Assembly: GCA_041690395.1 (NCBI GenBank)
Contig: JAWLHJ010000003.1
Coordinates: 480,001 to 544,000, forward strand
Source of the DNA: Longimicrobiales bacterium
GTDB taxonomy: Bacteria > Gemmatimonadota > Gemmatimonadetes > Longimicrobiales > Gaopeijiaceae
Reading direction: 5' to 3'
DNA: 64,000 nt
Both the position numbers and the translations under genes were made by a program. Of the stretch, positions 42,189 through 52,524 are shown piece by piece. Numbering within the stretch: position 1 is the stretch's first letter; each line of letters starts with the position of its first letter. The notes under the pieces are model-generated. The model saw nothing but the letters and a program-made list of their open reading frames with translations, had not been told where the DNA came from and did no database searches.

Positions 42189-42848
42189 ATGAATCGCTTT
42201 CTGGTTGGCACCCTGATCCTGGCTGGCGGCTTCGCGGCGAGTGACGCCCGCCCCGCGGCCGCCCAGCTCTCCGCGAACGTGCAGATCTCGTGGCACTGGA
42301 GTGATGACGGCTGGCGGTCCGGCCCCGTGGTGGACGGGTACGTGCGGACCGCCTACCGGGATCGCGCCCCCGTCAGGGTCCGCCCGGCGCCCAGGGCGCG
42401 CCTCCGGATCCCGCCGGGCCATATGCCGCCCACCGGGCTCTGCCGCGTCTGGGTCATGGGCGTTCCGCCGGGGCACCAGCCCCCGCCGCGCCCCTGCTCG
42501 CGCGCCCTGCTCGGGTATCGCGGCGCCGACGTGGTCATCCTCCACACCCCGGCCCGGGACGGCCGGTACTGGGCGCCCGATCACCGCTGGCGCGAGCGCG
42601 GTGATCGGGACCGCTGGAACCGTGACTGGGACGACGACTGGGACGATGACGACCGGTGGGACGATGACTGGGACGACGACGATCGTTGGGACGACGACGA
42701 TCGTTGGGACGACGACGATCGTTGGGACGACGACGATCGTTGGGACGACGACGATTGGGACGATGACGACAGGTGGGAGGACGACCGCCGCCGACCGGGC
42801 CGTGGCGGGCCTCCCGGACGAGGACGCGGCCGGGGCGGACGCGGCTAG
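42189..42848 (+). CDS. Secreted low-complexity protein with IPPGHMPP motif and WDDDDR repeats
   Basis: GAGGAG upstream, signal peptide ending AAAQ, IPPGHMPPTGLCRVW..GVPPGHQPPP..C, acidic repeat tract, Arg/Gly tail. Confidence 0.8.
   Translation: MNRFLVGTLILAGGFAASDARPAAAQLSANVQISWHWSDDGWRSGPVVDGYVRTAYRDRAPVRVRPAPRARLRIPPGHMPPTGLCRVWVMGVPPGHQPPPRPCSRALLGYRGADVVILHTPARDGRYWAPDHRWRERGDRDRWNRDWDDDWDDDDRWDDDWDDDDRWDDDDRWDDDDRWDDDDRWDDDDWDDDDRWEDDRRRPGRGGPPGRGRGRGGRG
42669..42755 (+). repeat. Coding 18-bp tandem repeat TGGGACGACGACGATCGT
   Basis: Four perfect copies (42669-42740) plus a partial fifth; degenerate copies on both sides. Confidence 0.95.
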
Positions 42849-42945
42849 CTGATACGCCGAACGGCGCGAGGGCGCTGCTGCTTGCAGCCCCCTCACCCGC
42901 TCCCTACCCTGGAGGCTCGGTCACCACCACCGGGGAGGAAGCCAG

Positions 42946-43686
42946 ATGCAGACCAGACGCGCGCTCTCGATGACCACCGCGACCCTCTTGGCCGCGAGCC
43001 TCGGCGCATGCGCGCCGGCGGACAACGACACCGAGGCCGAAGCCGCCTCGTCGGCCATGGAAGCGCCCGCCAGCCAGGCGCCCCAGCTCGACACCGGCTC
43101 GGACGAGCCCATGACGTTCTTCGTCACGAGCGCGGGGCCGGGTGACGGCGGCAACCTGGGCGGGCTCGAAGGCGCCGACAACCACTGCCAGACGCTCGCC
43201 GCGGCCGTCGGCGCGGACGACCGGACCTGGCGAGCCTACCTCAGCACCCAGGCCGCCGGCGGCCAGCCCGCGGTGAACGCCCGCGACCGGATCGGCGAGG
43301 GCCCCTGGCACAACGCCAACGGCCTCATCATCGCCACGAATCTCGAGAGCCTCCATTACGACAACTCGAACATCCGTTACGAGTACGCGCTCGACGAGCG
43401 CGGGGAGACGGTGAACTCGGGCGGCATGGGCGACTCGCCGAACATGCACGACATCCTGACGGGGACGCAGATGGACGGCACCGCCTACGCGGCGGGCGAG
43501 GACCGCACCTGCGGCAACTGGACGAGCAACGACGAAGGTGCGGCCTGGGTGGGCCACCACGACCGCATCACCAGGACCACGCCCGGCGGATCCTGGAACG
43601 CCCAGCACTCGTCCGCGGGATGCAGCCAGGAGAGCCTGGTCCAGACGGGCGGCGCCGGCCTCTTCTACTGCTTCGCGGCGAACTGA
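42946..43686 (+). CDS. Lipoprotein with conserved lectin/endostatin-like domain
   Basis: Lipobox LGAC; FFVTS, GNLGGLEGADNHCQTLA, WRAYLS, ARDRIG.GPW, HDILTG, TCGNWTS, GLFYCFA. Confidence 0.8.
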   Translation: MQTRRALSMTTATLLAASLGACAPADNDTEAEAASSAMEAPASQAPQLDTGSDEPMTFFVTSAGPGDGGNLGGLEGADNHCQTLAAAVGADDRTWRAYLSTQAAGGQPAVNARDRIGEGPWHNANGLIIATNLESLHYDNSNIRYEYALDERGETVNSGGMGDSPNMHDILTGTQMDGTAYAAGEDRTCGNWTSNDEGAAWVGHHDRITRTTPGGSWNAQHSSAGCSQESLVQTGGAGLFYCFAAN

Positions 43687-44879
43687 CCCGGGCCGGCGGG
43701 AAGGACCATGCCTTCCCGCCGCCCGGCACCGCCTCCCACGACCAGCTTCGCCAGCAGCACCAGGCCGAGGAACCCGAGGGGTATCGTCCACCCACCCGTC
43801 AGGTCGTAAATGAGACCGAACACCGTGGGGCCGGTGGCCGCGACGAGATAGCCGACGGACTGGGCCATGCCCGACAGGTCCCCGGCGGTCTCGGGATCGG
43901 GGCTCCGGAGGGCCAGCAACAGCAGGGCCAGGCCGAACGTGCCGCCCAGAACGAAGCCCAGCACGGCGACCCATAGCACCAGCCAGGCGTTGCCCGCGAC
44001 GAGGAAGCCGAGCAGGCTGGCCGCTTCCAGCAGTCCCAGGATCCAGATGATGCTCCGCTGGTCGGAGCGGCGGCCCGCCCACACCGGGACCACCGCCGTC
44101 CCCACCACGCCTGCCGCCTGGGACAGCGCCAGCAGCCATCCCGCCTCGGCCGGACCGAAGCCCCGGCTCGCCAGGAGGTCCGGCATCCACGCCAGCATGA
44201 CGTAGAACGTGAGGGACTGGAAGCCCATGAACAGGGCGATCTGCCAGGCCAGCAGGGAGCCCGCCAGCTCCCGGAGGCGGGAGCGCGGCCGCTCGGCCCT
44301 CGGAGCCCGGCGGCCACGGCGCGCGATGGGCACCCAGACCGCGAGCGCGACGAGGGCCGGCAGCACCCATGCGCCCAGCGCGAGCCGCCAGCCCATCTCG
44401 AGGGCGAGCGGCGCGGTGAGCCCGGCCGCCAGCGTCGCGCCGAGCCCCATCGTGCTCGAGTACACGCTGGTGACCGAGCCCATGCGCTCGGGGAAATAGC
44501 GCTTCGCCAGAGCCGGGAGCAGCACGTTGCCCATGGCGATGCCCACCCCGAGCAGGATGGTGCCGCCGAAGAGCAGCACGGACCCCGGCACCGAGCGGGT
44601 GAGGATCCCCAGGCCGATGAGCCCCAGGGCCAGCACCACGCCGCCCTCGACGCCTACCCGCCGGGTCACTCGAGGCGTGAACGCGGACAGGAAGCCGAAG
44701 GCCAGGAGCGGGAGCCCCGTGAGTAATCCCAGGGCCACGTTCGCCAGCCCCGTGGACGCCCGGATGTCCGCCACCACCGGACCGACCCCCGCCAGCGCGG
44801 CGCGCAGGTTGAGGGCGAGAAGGACGATGGCGGTGAGGACGAGTGCGCGGGGGATCTGGCGGAGCGGGTGCGAGCTCAC
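43665..44879 (-). CDS. CynX/NimT-family MFS transporter
   Basis: LALNLR, LLTGLPLLAFG, GNVLLP, FMGFQS..FY, LSGMAQSVGY; GTG at 44879. Confidence 0.9.
   Translation of the reverse strand: MSSHPLRQIPRALVLTAIVLLALNLRAALAGVGPVVADIRASTGLANVALGLLTGLPLLAFGFLSAFTPRVTRRVGVEGGVVLALGLIGLGILTRSVPGSVLLFGGTILLGVGIAMGNVLLPALAKRYFPERMGSVTSVYSSTMGLGATLAAGLTAPLALEMGWRLALGAWVLPALVALAVWVPIARRGRRAPRAERPRSRLRELAGSLLAWQIALFMGFQSLTFYVMLAWMPDLLASRGFGPAEAGWLLALSQAAGVVGTAVVPVWAGRRSDQRSIIWILGLLEAASLLGFLVAGNAWLVLWVAVLGFVLGGTFGLALLLLALRSPDPETAGDLSGMAQSVGYLVAATGPTVFGLIYDLTGGWTIPLGFLGLVLLAKLVVGGGAGRREGMVLPAGPGQFAAKQ
43694..43721. terminator. 11-bp stem hairpin after the lipoprotein gene, inside the 3' end of the convergent MFS gene
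   Basis: CGGCGGGAAGG-ACCATG-CCTTCCCGCCG. Confidence 0.55.
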
Positions 44880-45481
44880 GGGCCTCCGATCCCGAAGAAG
44901 TCCCCGATGCCCGTCAGCATCATCTTCGTCGCGATCGCGATCAGGATCATCCCCATGAGACGCTCGATCGCGACCAGGCCCCGCCGCTTCAGGATCCGTG
45001 CGAGATCCGTGGAGGCCAGCAGCACGCCCCCGGTCACGCCCCAGGAGATGAGCACGGCGGCCAGCCACTCCGGCCAACGGGTGGGATCGCTGCTCATGAT
45101 GAACAGGACGGCCGCGAGCGCCGACGGGCCCGCGACGAACGGCACGGCGAGCGGCACCAGCAGAGGCTCCTCGTCCGCCTCGGCCGCGTCCGTGGCGAAC
45201 GCGCCCCCCGGCGCCGGGAAGATCATCCGCAGCGCGATGAGGAAGAGAATGACCCCGCCCGCGACGGTGAGCGTGTCCTCCGTGATGTCGATCGCCTCGA
45301 GCAGGTACCGCCCGGCGAACAGGAACACCAGAAGGAACCCGAGCGCGATCAGCAGCTCACGCGCGATCACCCGCCGTCGGCGTTCCGGGGCGACCGGGTT
45401 CAGCACCGACAGGAACATCGGGACGTTTCCGAGCGGATCCATGACGAGGATCAGCAGCAGCGTCGCCGAGAAGAGGGTCAC
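44876..45481 (-). CDS. MarC-family inner membrane protein
   Basis: MDPLGNVP, AGGVILFLIA, VPLAVPFVAGPS, ERLMGMIL; GTG at 45481. Confidence 0.92.
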   Translation of the reverse strand: MTLFSATLLLILVMDPLGNVPMFLSVLNPVAPERRRRVIARELLIALGFLLVFLFAGRYLLEAIDITEDTLTVAGGVILFLIALRMIFPAPGGAFATDAAEADEEPLLVPLAVPFVAGPSALAAVLFIMSSDPTRWPEWLAAVLISWGVTGGVLLASTDLARILKRRGLVAIERLMGMILIAIATKMMLTGIGDFFGIGGP

Positions 45482-47901
45482 GGCGCGGCCGCCCCCCTCA
45501 CCGTGCAGAACCCGCCTTCCTCCGTGCACCCGGGCTCCCGCAAGGTACGCTCGAACAACTCGAAGATCCGGCGGTACTCGTCGGTCCAGGAGGCCGGCTC
45601 GACGAAGCCGTGATTCTCCACCGGATAGACCGCGAACTCCCAGTTCTCCTTACCCAGCTCGATGAGCCGCTGCGCCAGGCGCACCACGTCGGAGAAGTGC
45701 ACGTTCGTGTCGACCATGCCGTGCAGGATGAGGAGATGCTGGTCCGGCCGGAAGTTCTCGGCGAAGTAGATCGGGGAAGACTGCTCGTAGGCCTCCTCGT
45801 CGTCCTGCGGGAGGTTCAGAATGCGGCTCGTGTAACCGTGGTTGTAGTGGGCCCAGTCGGTGACCGACCGCAGCGCCGCGCCCGACTTGAACGTGTCGTC
45901 GGCGGTGAAGAGCGCCATGAGGGTGATGAAGCCGCCGTACGATCCCCCGTAGAGCCCGATGCGCGCCGGGTCGATGCCCTCCTGCTCCACCAGGTACCGG
46001 GCGCCGTCGACCTGATCGGACAGGTCCTTCCCGCCCATCCAGCGGTAGATCGCCGTGCGCCACTCCGCACCGTATCCCGCGGATCCCCGGTAGTCGATGT
46101 CGAGCACCGTGTATCCGGCCGCCGCCAGGAAGTGGTGGAACTGGTACTCGCGGTAGTACGACGACCAGTAGCTGTGGATGTTGTGCAGGTAACCCGCCCC
46201 GTGCACGAAGATCACCGCCGCCCCGTTCGACTCGGCGCCCATGTCCTCGGGCCGGTAGATACGCGCCGGCACCATGGTCCCGTCCTCGGCCTCGAAGCGG
46301 ACGATCTCCGGGCGGATCCATGGGAAGGCGAGCCAGTCGCCTGTCGGCGAGGTGGTGATGCGCGCCATGTCCGACACGTCGTCGGCGTCGGCCACGAACA
46401 GCTCGGGCGGCCGGTTGGCCACGTCGTGCAGCACCGCCATCCGCTCGCCGTCGGGCGACGGCGTGCCCACGTAGCGGCCCTCGCCCTCGGTGAGCGCCTC
46501 ATGGCCGGACCCGTCGAAGTCCATGCGGTACAAATGCTCGTTGAACGGCGATCCTTCGTTGGTGCGGAGGAGGAAGCGCGAGCGGTCCTCGGGGATCTCG
46601 ACGTCGAGGACCTCCCACTCGCCACTGGTGAGCGCCCGCTTGTCGGAGGCGTCGGCGTTCACCGCGTAGAGGTGCGCGTATCCCGTCTCCTCGCTCACGA
46701 ACCAGATGCGGTCGGAGTCTGGAATGAAGCCCACGCATGACGAGAAGCACGGGCCGGCCACCCACGCGTCGTCGTGCAGATGGTCGAGGAGCGTGGTCTC
46801 GCCCGTCTCGGCATCGTAGCCGAAGAGCCAGCGGTCCTTGTCGTCGAGCGAGACCATGAAGAGGAACGCCTTCGTGCCCGCGTCGTTCCAGCCAATGTTG
46901 CTCACGCGAGCGGGCTCGGGGGTGAGGTCGAGCCAGGTCACCTCGCCGGTCGCCGTCTCGAGGACGCCGGTGCGCGACGCGTCCTGTGCGTCGCCCACCT
47001 TGGTGCGCACCTCGAGCGGCGTCGTGTAGCCGTCCTCGGTGACCCAGTCGGGGACCATAGTCTGGAGCTCGTCCTCGGTGGGCGTCTCGGTCCGCACGAG
47101 CACCCGGGCGCCGTCCCGAGTGGGCACGAGCTCGTCCACGCGCTCGTCGCTCTCGAGATGCACGGGCACCGGGTCGCCGGCCTCCACGAGCTCCCGAATG
47201 GAGTCGGCACGCGCCTCGTCGCGGGCGCCGCGGCGGATATGCTCGAACAACTCGAGCTGCTGGCGCTCGAGGAAGCCGCGCTGGCCCTCCGCCTCCTCGT
47301 CCTCGTCGGCGGGGCCGCTCTCGATGCGCGTCAGTTGGGTGAGCTCGCCGCTCGCGATCCCGAGGCGGTAGAGCTCGTCGCCGCGCTGAAAGAGCACGGA
47401 AGCGCCGTCCTGCGAGAAGATCGGGTCGCTCTCGGCCTCCTCGGTGTGGGTCAGACGGCGCACGTCGAGGGTGCCTCGGTCGATCAGGTAGAGGTCGCCG
47501 TCCACCGAGGTCACCCGCCGGGTCCGGTCGAGCGAGAGGTCACCGCCCGCCACGAGGGGCGCCAGGCGGCGCGCCTCCACCTCGTCGATCCGCTCCGGCT
47601 CGCCGCCCTCCGCCGGCACGCGGTAGAGGGAACGACCGGCGTCCCACTCCAGCCCGCCCGGCTGCCACTGGAAGTAGATCCAGCGGGAGTCGTCGGTCCA
47701 GCGCACCTGCGTGGGGGCCTGCCCGACGTTCGCCTCCGCCTGCATGATGCTCTCGATGGACAGCTCGAAGTCGTGGGCGCTCGCGGGCGGCGGCACGTAC
47801 TCGGCCACGCTCTGGGCGCCGGCGGGGGCGGCTGCCGCGGCGGCCACCAGGGCGAGCACGAAGACCGCGCGGAATGAATAGCCCTCGGTCGTTCCCCTCA
47901 T
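45478..47901 (-). CDS. Exported S9-family (dipeptidyl peptidase IV-like) serine peptidase
   Basis: Signal peptide, beta-propeller-like region, HGAGY, DYRGS.GYG, GGSYGG nucleophile, HGMVDTNV, ENHGF; AGGAG upstream of ATG 47901. Confidence 0.92.
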   Translation of the reverse strand: MRGTTEGYSFRAVFVLALVAAAAAAPAGAQSVAEYVPPPASAHDFELSIESIMQAEANVGQAPTQVRWTDDSRWIYFQWQPGGLEWDAGRSLYRVPAEGGEPERIDEVEARRLAPLVAGGDLSLDRTRRVTSVDGDLYLIDRGTLDVRRLTHTEEAESDPIFSQDGASVLFQRGDELYRLGIASGELTQLTRIESGPADEDEEAEGQRGFLERQQLELFEHIRRGARDEARADSIRELVEAGDPVPVHLESDERVDELVPTRDGARVLVRTETPTEDELQTMVPDWVTEDGYTTPLEVRTKVGDAQDASRTGVLETATGEVTWLDLTPEPARVSNIGWNDAGTKAFLFMVSLDDKDRWLFGYDAETGETTLLDHLHDDAWVAGPCFSSCVGFIPDSDRIWFVSEETGYAHLYAVNADASDKRALTSGEWEVLDVEIPEDRSRFLLRTNEGSPFNEHLYRMDFDGSGHEALTEGEGRYVGTPSPDGERMAVLHDVANRPPELFVADADDVSDMARITTSPTGDWLAFPWIRPEIVRFEAEDGTMVPARIYRPEDMGAESNGAAVIFVHGAGYLHNIHSYWSSYYREYQFHHFLAAAGYTVLDIDYRGSAGYGAEWRTAIYRWMGGKDLSDQVDGARYLVEQEGIDPARIGLYGGSYGGFITLMALFTADDTFKSGAALRSVTDWAHYNHGYTSRILNLPQDDEEAYEQSSPIYFAENFRPDQHLLILHGMVDTNVHFSDVVRLAQRLIELGKENWEFAVYPVENHGFVEPASWTDEYRRIFELFERTLREPGCTEEGGFCTVRGAAAP

Positions 47902-48081
47902 CGTCATCACTCCTTCGCGTTGGACTCGTCGGTGACCCCATCCATGTAGGCCAGGGCGGATCGCCCCGGCAAGCTCGCACCCACATGGCGAAGCGGCCAG
48001 AACGACGGCGTCACGGAATGCGGTTCCGAATCGTTGCTCCTGTGTGACGCCCTGGACTCCGGCCCCGCCACCCCACGGACC

Positions 48082-48678
48082 GTGAAGCGCCCAAGCCTTC
48101 TGCTCCCCATGCTCGCGCTCGCCATCACCGCCTGCTCGAGTCCCGCCGAGCCCACCAGCCAGGAGATCCCCGTCTTGTGGTGGGCCGACGTCGGAAAGCC
48201 GTGTCCCGTGGACGCTCCCGCGCCCAGTCTCCCGGATTCCCTGCAGGTCCACTGGACATCGGCACGTCCCAACATGGACGACCGCTGGGCGGGAATCGCG
48301 CGCCGAACCCCCGGCGGCTGGGGGGGATACTTCATCGACGATGGGCGGTGGACGATGTATCTCACGGATCCCACGCAGGCCGAGGCCGCGGTCGACGCGC
48401 TGCGGGCCGCGGGCATGCCCGTCGGGTACGGCTACGTCGTCCGGCAGGGCCGCTGGGATTTCGCACAGATGTACGACTGGTACCGGTACCTCTCCTCCCA
48501 TGTCTCGGCCGTCGAGGGGAGGACCTTCAGCGACATCCAGGAGGCGAGGAACCGACTCGAGTACGGAGTGGTGGACGACGACGCGCGCGCCGAGCTCGAG
48601 GGCGTGCTGTCGGGGCTGGACGTGCCGTGCCACCTGGTGGCCATCCAACGTACCGGACACTGGATCCTCGATTCCTGA
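48082..48678 (+). CDS. Hypothetical lipoprotein
   Basis: GTG start, KRPSLLLPMLALAITAC lipoprotein signal; no family recognised. Confidence 0.7.
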   Translation: MKRPSLLLPMLALAITACSSPAEPTSQEIPVLWWADVGKPCPVDAPAPSLPDSLQVHWTSARPNMDDRWAGIARRTPGGWGGYFIDDGRWTMYLTDPTQAEAAVDALRAAGMPVGYGYVVRQGRWDFAQMYDWYRYLSSHVSAVEGRTFSDIQEARNRLEYGVVDDDARAELEGVLSGLDVPCHLVAIQRTGHWILDS

Positions 48679-48687
48679 CGGTAGCCC

Positions 48688-48936
48688 CTACCGCCGCTCC
48701 GCCGCCCGCCTCAGCTCCTCCGCCAGCTTGATCAGGTCGCTCGCCCGCTTCTGCGCAAGCTTCGCGACGGCCTTCTCCCACCCCTCGGGCGGCTCCCGGT
48801 AGGACTTGGACTCCGGGTCGAGACGGGCCCGGCGCAGGGTCTGGTGCTCGACGCCGACGGACTTGGCCATGTCGGCGAGCGTGATACGCGCCGCGGCGAC
48901 GCGGTCGCTGGCTCTCTTGAAGTCGATGCGGGACAC
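48688..48936 (-). CDS. Small basic helical protein with possible Cro-like HTH
   Basis: C-terminal 82 aa of ORF 48688..49299; ITLADMAKSVGVEHQTLRRARL; purine-rich SD-like sequence before GTG. Confidence 0.6.
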   Translation of the reverse strand: MSRIDFKRASDRVAAARITLADMAKSVGVEHQTLRRARLDPESKSYREPPEGWEKAVAKLAQKRASDLIKLAEELRRAAERR

Positions 48937-48975
48937 GTTCCTGTTCCTCGATTGCGTAGGGGGGGATCGCTGCAG

Positions 48976-49059
48976 TGCCGGGGGCGGGACTCGAACCCGC
49001 ATGGGATTGCTCCCGGGGGATTTTAAGTCCCCTGCGTCTACCGATTTCGCCACCCCGGC
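48976..49059 (-). tRNA. tRNA-Leu (anticodon TAA)
   Basis: GCCGGGG/CCCCGGC acceptor stem, discriminator A, anticodon arm GGGGA-CT-TAA-AA-TCCCC, long variable arm, GGTTCGAGTCC T arm; CCA not encoded. Confidence 0.97.
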
Positions 49060-49213
49060 GATAAGGGGAGAAGATGCCTCAGTCACGCGTCGGCGGCCAG
49101 ATATGGACGCTGGGCCCGACGCGTGCAGGAAGGATCCGCCCGTGCTGGTGTCTGCTGCAGGGCGACCCGGCGGAACCGCCTCGTGACCCGTTGCAACCCA
49201 TTGTCCCCGACTC

Positions 49214-49272
49214 TTGTCCGACTTGTATGACAGTGCTATACATCTGGCGCACTTGTATGACAACGTCAGGCA
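49214..49272 (+). promoter_or_regulatory. Putative promoter/operator of PadR-permease operon 1
   Basis: ACTTGTATGACA repeated at 49221 and 49251, each in an imperfect palindrome; overlaps TTGTCC-N17-TATACA. Confidence 0.6.
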
Positions 49273-49288
49273 TCTTGGAGTAGCGCAC

Positions 49289-49630
49289 ATGGCCCCCACC
49301 GTTCTCGGACAGTTCGAGCACCAGGTACTCCTGGCGATCCTCCGCCTCGGCTCCGAAGCCTACAGCGTGGAGATCGTCTCGGAGCTGGAGCGCAGCACCG
49401 GCAAGGAGGTAGCCACGTCGGCAGTGTTCGTTTCGCTGCGGCGCATGAAGGCGAAGGACCTGCTCCTGGATAGGATGGTGGAGCCCGGGGAGGAAGGAGG
49501 CCACTCGCGACGCTACTTCCGGCTCACCGAGGAGGCCCTCGACGCCCTGCGTGCCTCGCGCCAGAGCTTCCTCAAGCTCTGGGACGGCGTGGAGGCGGCC
49601 CTCGACGAGCCACGGCCTGACACGCCATGA
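49289..49630 (+). CDS. PadR-family transcriptional regulator
   Basis: [38 protein letters not shown] before ATG 49289. Confidence 0.9.
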   Translation: MAPTVLGQFEHQVLLAILRLGSEAYSVEIVSELERSTGKEVATSAVFVSLRRMKAKDLLLDRMVEPGEEGGHSRRYFRLTEEALDALRASRQSFLKLWDGVEAALDEPRPDTP

Positions 49631-52284
49631 CCGACTGGGAAGTTGGGTCGGGTCCGCCCAAGCTGGCCCGACGACTTCTGGCCCTGCTGGTGGACGAGGC
49701 GCAACGCGACGACGTGGATTCGACCCTCGCGGAGCTCTTCCGTGAGCGGGTGGCCCGAGATGGCGCAGGTGCGGCGACACGATGGTACTGGCGCCAGGTG
49801 GGCGGATTCGCTGCGCGCTGGCGCCCATTCAACACGGGAATGGGGGGGTGGACGACGATGGACATGTGGACCAGAGATCTCCGGCACGGGCTGCGCTCGC
49901 TGATCCGCGCACCGGGCTTCACACTCATCGCCGTGGGGACGCTGGCGCTGGGCATCGGTGCCAACACCGCCATCTTCAGCCTGATCGCGGGCACCCTCCT
50001 GAGACCCCTTCCCTACGACCAGCCCGAGCGGCTGGTCTGGCTCTCCGATGGCCACCCGAACTTCGGGGGTGGGGGCACGAACCAATCCGTCCCCAACCTC
50101 ATGGATCTGCAGGCGGGCTCCCGCCTCATGAGTTCGTCGGCCATCTACCGGGTCCTGGGCGGCAACCTCGCCACCGACGAGGACGCGGTGCGCATCCCGA
50201 TCCTGTTCACCTCGTCGCCGATGCTCGGCGTACTGGGTGTTCCGCCCCGCCTGGGGCGCGACCTGCTTCCTACCGACGACGGCGCGGGCGCGGAGCCCGT
50301 GGCGATCCTCACCGATGATCTCTGGCGGTCCACCTTCGGCGCCGACCCCGACGTGGTCGGACGAACGGTACAGGTGGACGCCCGGCCGGTGCGCGTCATC
50401 GGGGTGCTTCCTCGCGACTTCACTTTCGAGGACGATCCCAAGCTGGTCATGGCGCTCCAACACCTGGGCGCCGACCTGAGCCGGGGGGGCAGAGGCTACA
50501 ACGGAGTGGCCCGCCTGGCCCCAGGCGCTGACCCGAGGGCACTCACCGCCGAGTTGCAAGGCATCTTCTCAGGTCTGACCGACGAGTACCCGCAGGTGAA
50601 CGAGGGGTGGTTCACCATGGCCGAGCCTCTTCAGGAGCATGTCATCGGACAGAACCGTCATTCGCTGCTTCTCCTGGGCGGTGCGGCGGCCCTCGTGCTC
50701 CTCATAGCCTGCGTCAACGTCGCCAACCTGCTGCTGGTCCGGGCCGAGCGACGTCACCGGGAGTTGGCGGTGCGGTATTCCCTGGGGGCCCGTAGGTCGG
50801 GGCTCGTCTCCCTATTCCTCTCCGAAGGTCTGGTCCTGGGCCTGGCCGGAGGCGCGCTGGGGGTCGCCGGGGCGTACGGGGGCATCGACCTGCTCGTGTC
50901 CCTGTACGGCAGCACCCTGGCTCGAGCCGACGCCGTCGGCATCGACGGAACCGTCCTTGGCATCACTCTGGCGACGTCCCTCCTGGTGGGCATCGGGGTG
51001 GGGCTGGCCCCGCTGACCCGCGTGCGCCCTGACGAGCTCCAGGGCCACCTCCGAGAAGGCGCGCGGGGCTCCTCGGGACGCGGCAGCCGGCTGGGCAACG
51101 CCCTGGTCGTGGCGGAGGTGGCCCTCTCCGTCGTAGTCGTGGCCGGCGCCGGGCTTCTGGCCAACAGCATGTGGCGTCTCCAGCAAGTGGACCTGGGTGT
51201 GCACCGCGCCGACCAGGTCATGACCTTCACGCTGTCCCTGCCTGCGGCAGCGTACCCCACGTCCGAGACGATCGCGCAGTTCACCGGTGAGCTGGATGGT
51301 CGACTGATGGCCACCCCCGGGGTGGAGGCGGTGGGCTTCGTGAACCGGCTCCCTCTCGTGGGTGGGGACAACACCACCGTCTACGTGTGGGGCGACGAGG
51401 AGCGGAAGGCCGACTTCACGTCCATCCGCTCCATCACGCCCGGGTACTTCGACGCCGTTGGTGTCCCCCTCCTGTCGGGCCGATGGCTCACCGAGGATGA
51501 GTTCCGTGGGGAGACCTCGTCGGCGATCATCAACCAGACCCTCGCCCGACAGCTCTTCGGTTCGGAGGACCCCCTGGGACAGCGGATCGACGTCCGCGGG
51601 ATCGAAGGAGGTCTGGTCGTGGTGGGCGTGGTCGCCGACATCGCCGGGGGACGCCCGGACCGTCCGGCACCCGGTGCCTTCTACTACCCCATGCGCACGC
51701 GGCTGAAACTCGCGGCGTCCCAACCGCGCTCCGCCGACGACTTCTGGGGCATGGCCGCCCTCGTCCGGACCGCGGGTGAGCCCCAGGCGCTGGTTCCCGC
51801 CTTACGGGAGGCGGTGGGCGCTGGAGACCCGGGCATGCCCTTGAGCTACGTCCGCACCCTCCAGGACATCGCCACCGACCGCCTGGGAACCCGTCGCTTC
51901 GCCTTGTCCCTGTTCGGTGTCTTTGCCGGCCTCGCACTGCTCTTGGGTACCGTGGGAATCTATGGCGTCATGTCCTACAGCGTGGCCCAACGCGCCCGCG
52001 AGATGGGGGTGAGGATGGCCTTGGGGGCCAGCCGGGGATCGGTGCTCCGTCTGGTCCTGGGCGAGAGCGCCCGCCTCACCGTTCCGGGAGTGATCCTGGG
52101 CCTGTTGGGCGCCATGGCGTCGGCGCGGGTGCTGGGCAGCCTCCTCTTCGAGGTCAGCCCGCTCGACCTGTGGACGTACGCATCGGTGGCCGCGGTCCTG
52201 GCGTTGGTCTCCGTGGCGGCCACCTGGCTCCCGGCATGGAGGGCCACGCGGGTGGATCCCATGACGAGCATGCGCGCTGAGTAA
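49627..52284 (+). CDS. Duplicated MacB/FtsX-type ABC permease (ADOP family)
   Basis: [72 protein letters not shown]. Confidence 0.93.
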   Translation: MTDWEVGSGPPKLARRLLALLVDEAQRDDVDSTLAELFRERVARDGAGAATRWYWRQVGGFAARWRPFNTGMGGWTTMDMWTRDLRHGLRSLIRAPGFTLIAVGTLALGIGANTAIFSLIAGTLLRPLPYDQPERLVWLSDGHPNFGGGGTNQSVPNLMDLQAGSRLMSSSAIYRVLGGNLATDEDAVRIPILFTSSPMLGVLGVPPRLGRDLLPTDDGAGAEPVAILTDDLWRSTFGADPDVVGRTVQVDARPVRVIGVLPRDFTFEDDPKLVMALQHLGADLSRGGRGYNGVARLAPGADPRALTAELQGIFSGLTDEYPQVNEGWFTMAEPLQEHVIGQNRHSLLLLGGAAALVLLIACVNVANLLLVRAERRHRELAVRYSLGARRSGLVSLFLSEGLVLGLAGGALGVAGAYGGIDLLVSLYGSTLARADAVGIDGTVLGITLATSLLVGIGVGLAPLTRVRPDELQGHLREGARGSSGRGSRLGNALVVAEVALSVVVVAGAGLLANSMWRLQQVDLGVHRADQVMTFTLSLPAAAYPTSETIAQFTGELDGRLMATPGVEAVGFVNRLPLVGGDNTTVYVWGDEERKADFTSIRSITPGYFDAVGVPLLSGRWLTEDEFRGETSSAIINQTLARQLFGSEDPLGQRIDVRGIEGGLVVVGVVADIAGGRPDRPAPGAFYYPMRTRLKLAASQPRSADDFWGMAALVRTAGEPQALVPALREAVGAGDPGMPLSYVRTLQDIATDRLGTRRFALSLFGVFAGLALLLGTVGIYGVMSYSVAQRAREMGVRMALGASRGSVLRLVLGESARLTVPGVILGLLGAMASARVLGSLLFEVSPLDLWTYASVAAVLALVSVAATWLPAWRATRVDPMTSMRAE

Positions 52285-52524
52285 GACGGATCGCAGGGCA
52301 CGAGGTGGGTTCGCCTTGTAGCTCGGCTCCTCGTACGCGACCCGATGCCCCTTCCCTTCTCGGAGTCCCGCGGACGAGGGGCCAGACTCCCATCCCCCGA
52401 CCCACGTCCCGCCCTGTCACGAACCCCCGACCTCCCTCGTTCGAACGCATGAAACGCAGGGCGGCGGCCGACGCCATGCGCTCATCCAAGATCGATATCA
52501 CGAAGTTCGAAAGGAGTTGCTCAT

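Noticed and set aside
42627..42790. Possible CRISPR array
   Set aside because: Contiguous in-frame repeats with no unique spacers and no cas genes
43665..43686. 22-bp tail-to-tail overlap of lipoprotein and MFS genes
   Set aside because: Short convergent overlaps are common in GC-rich genomes
48976..49059. bldA-like translational control by the rare TTA codon
   Set aside because: TTA codons I spotted (17128-17130 in pccB, 37220, 44724-44726, 51802) include a housekeeping gene and fit ordinary AT-rich 5' codon bias; no full count was made
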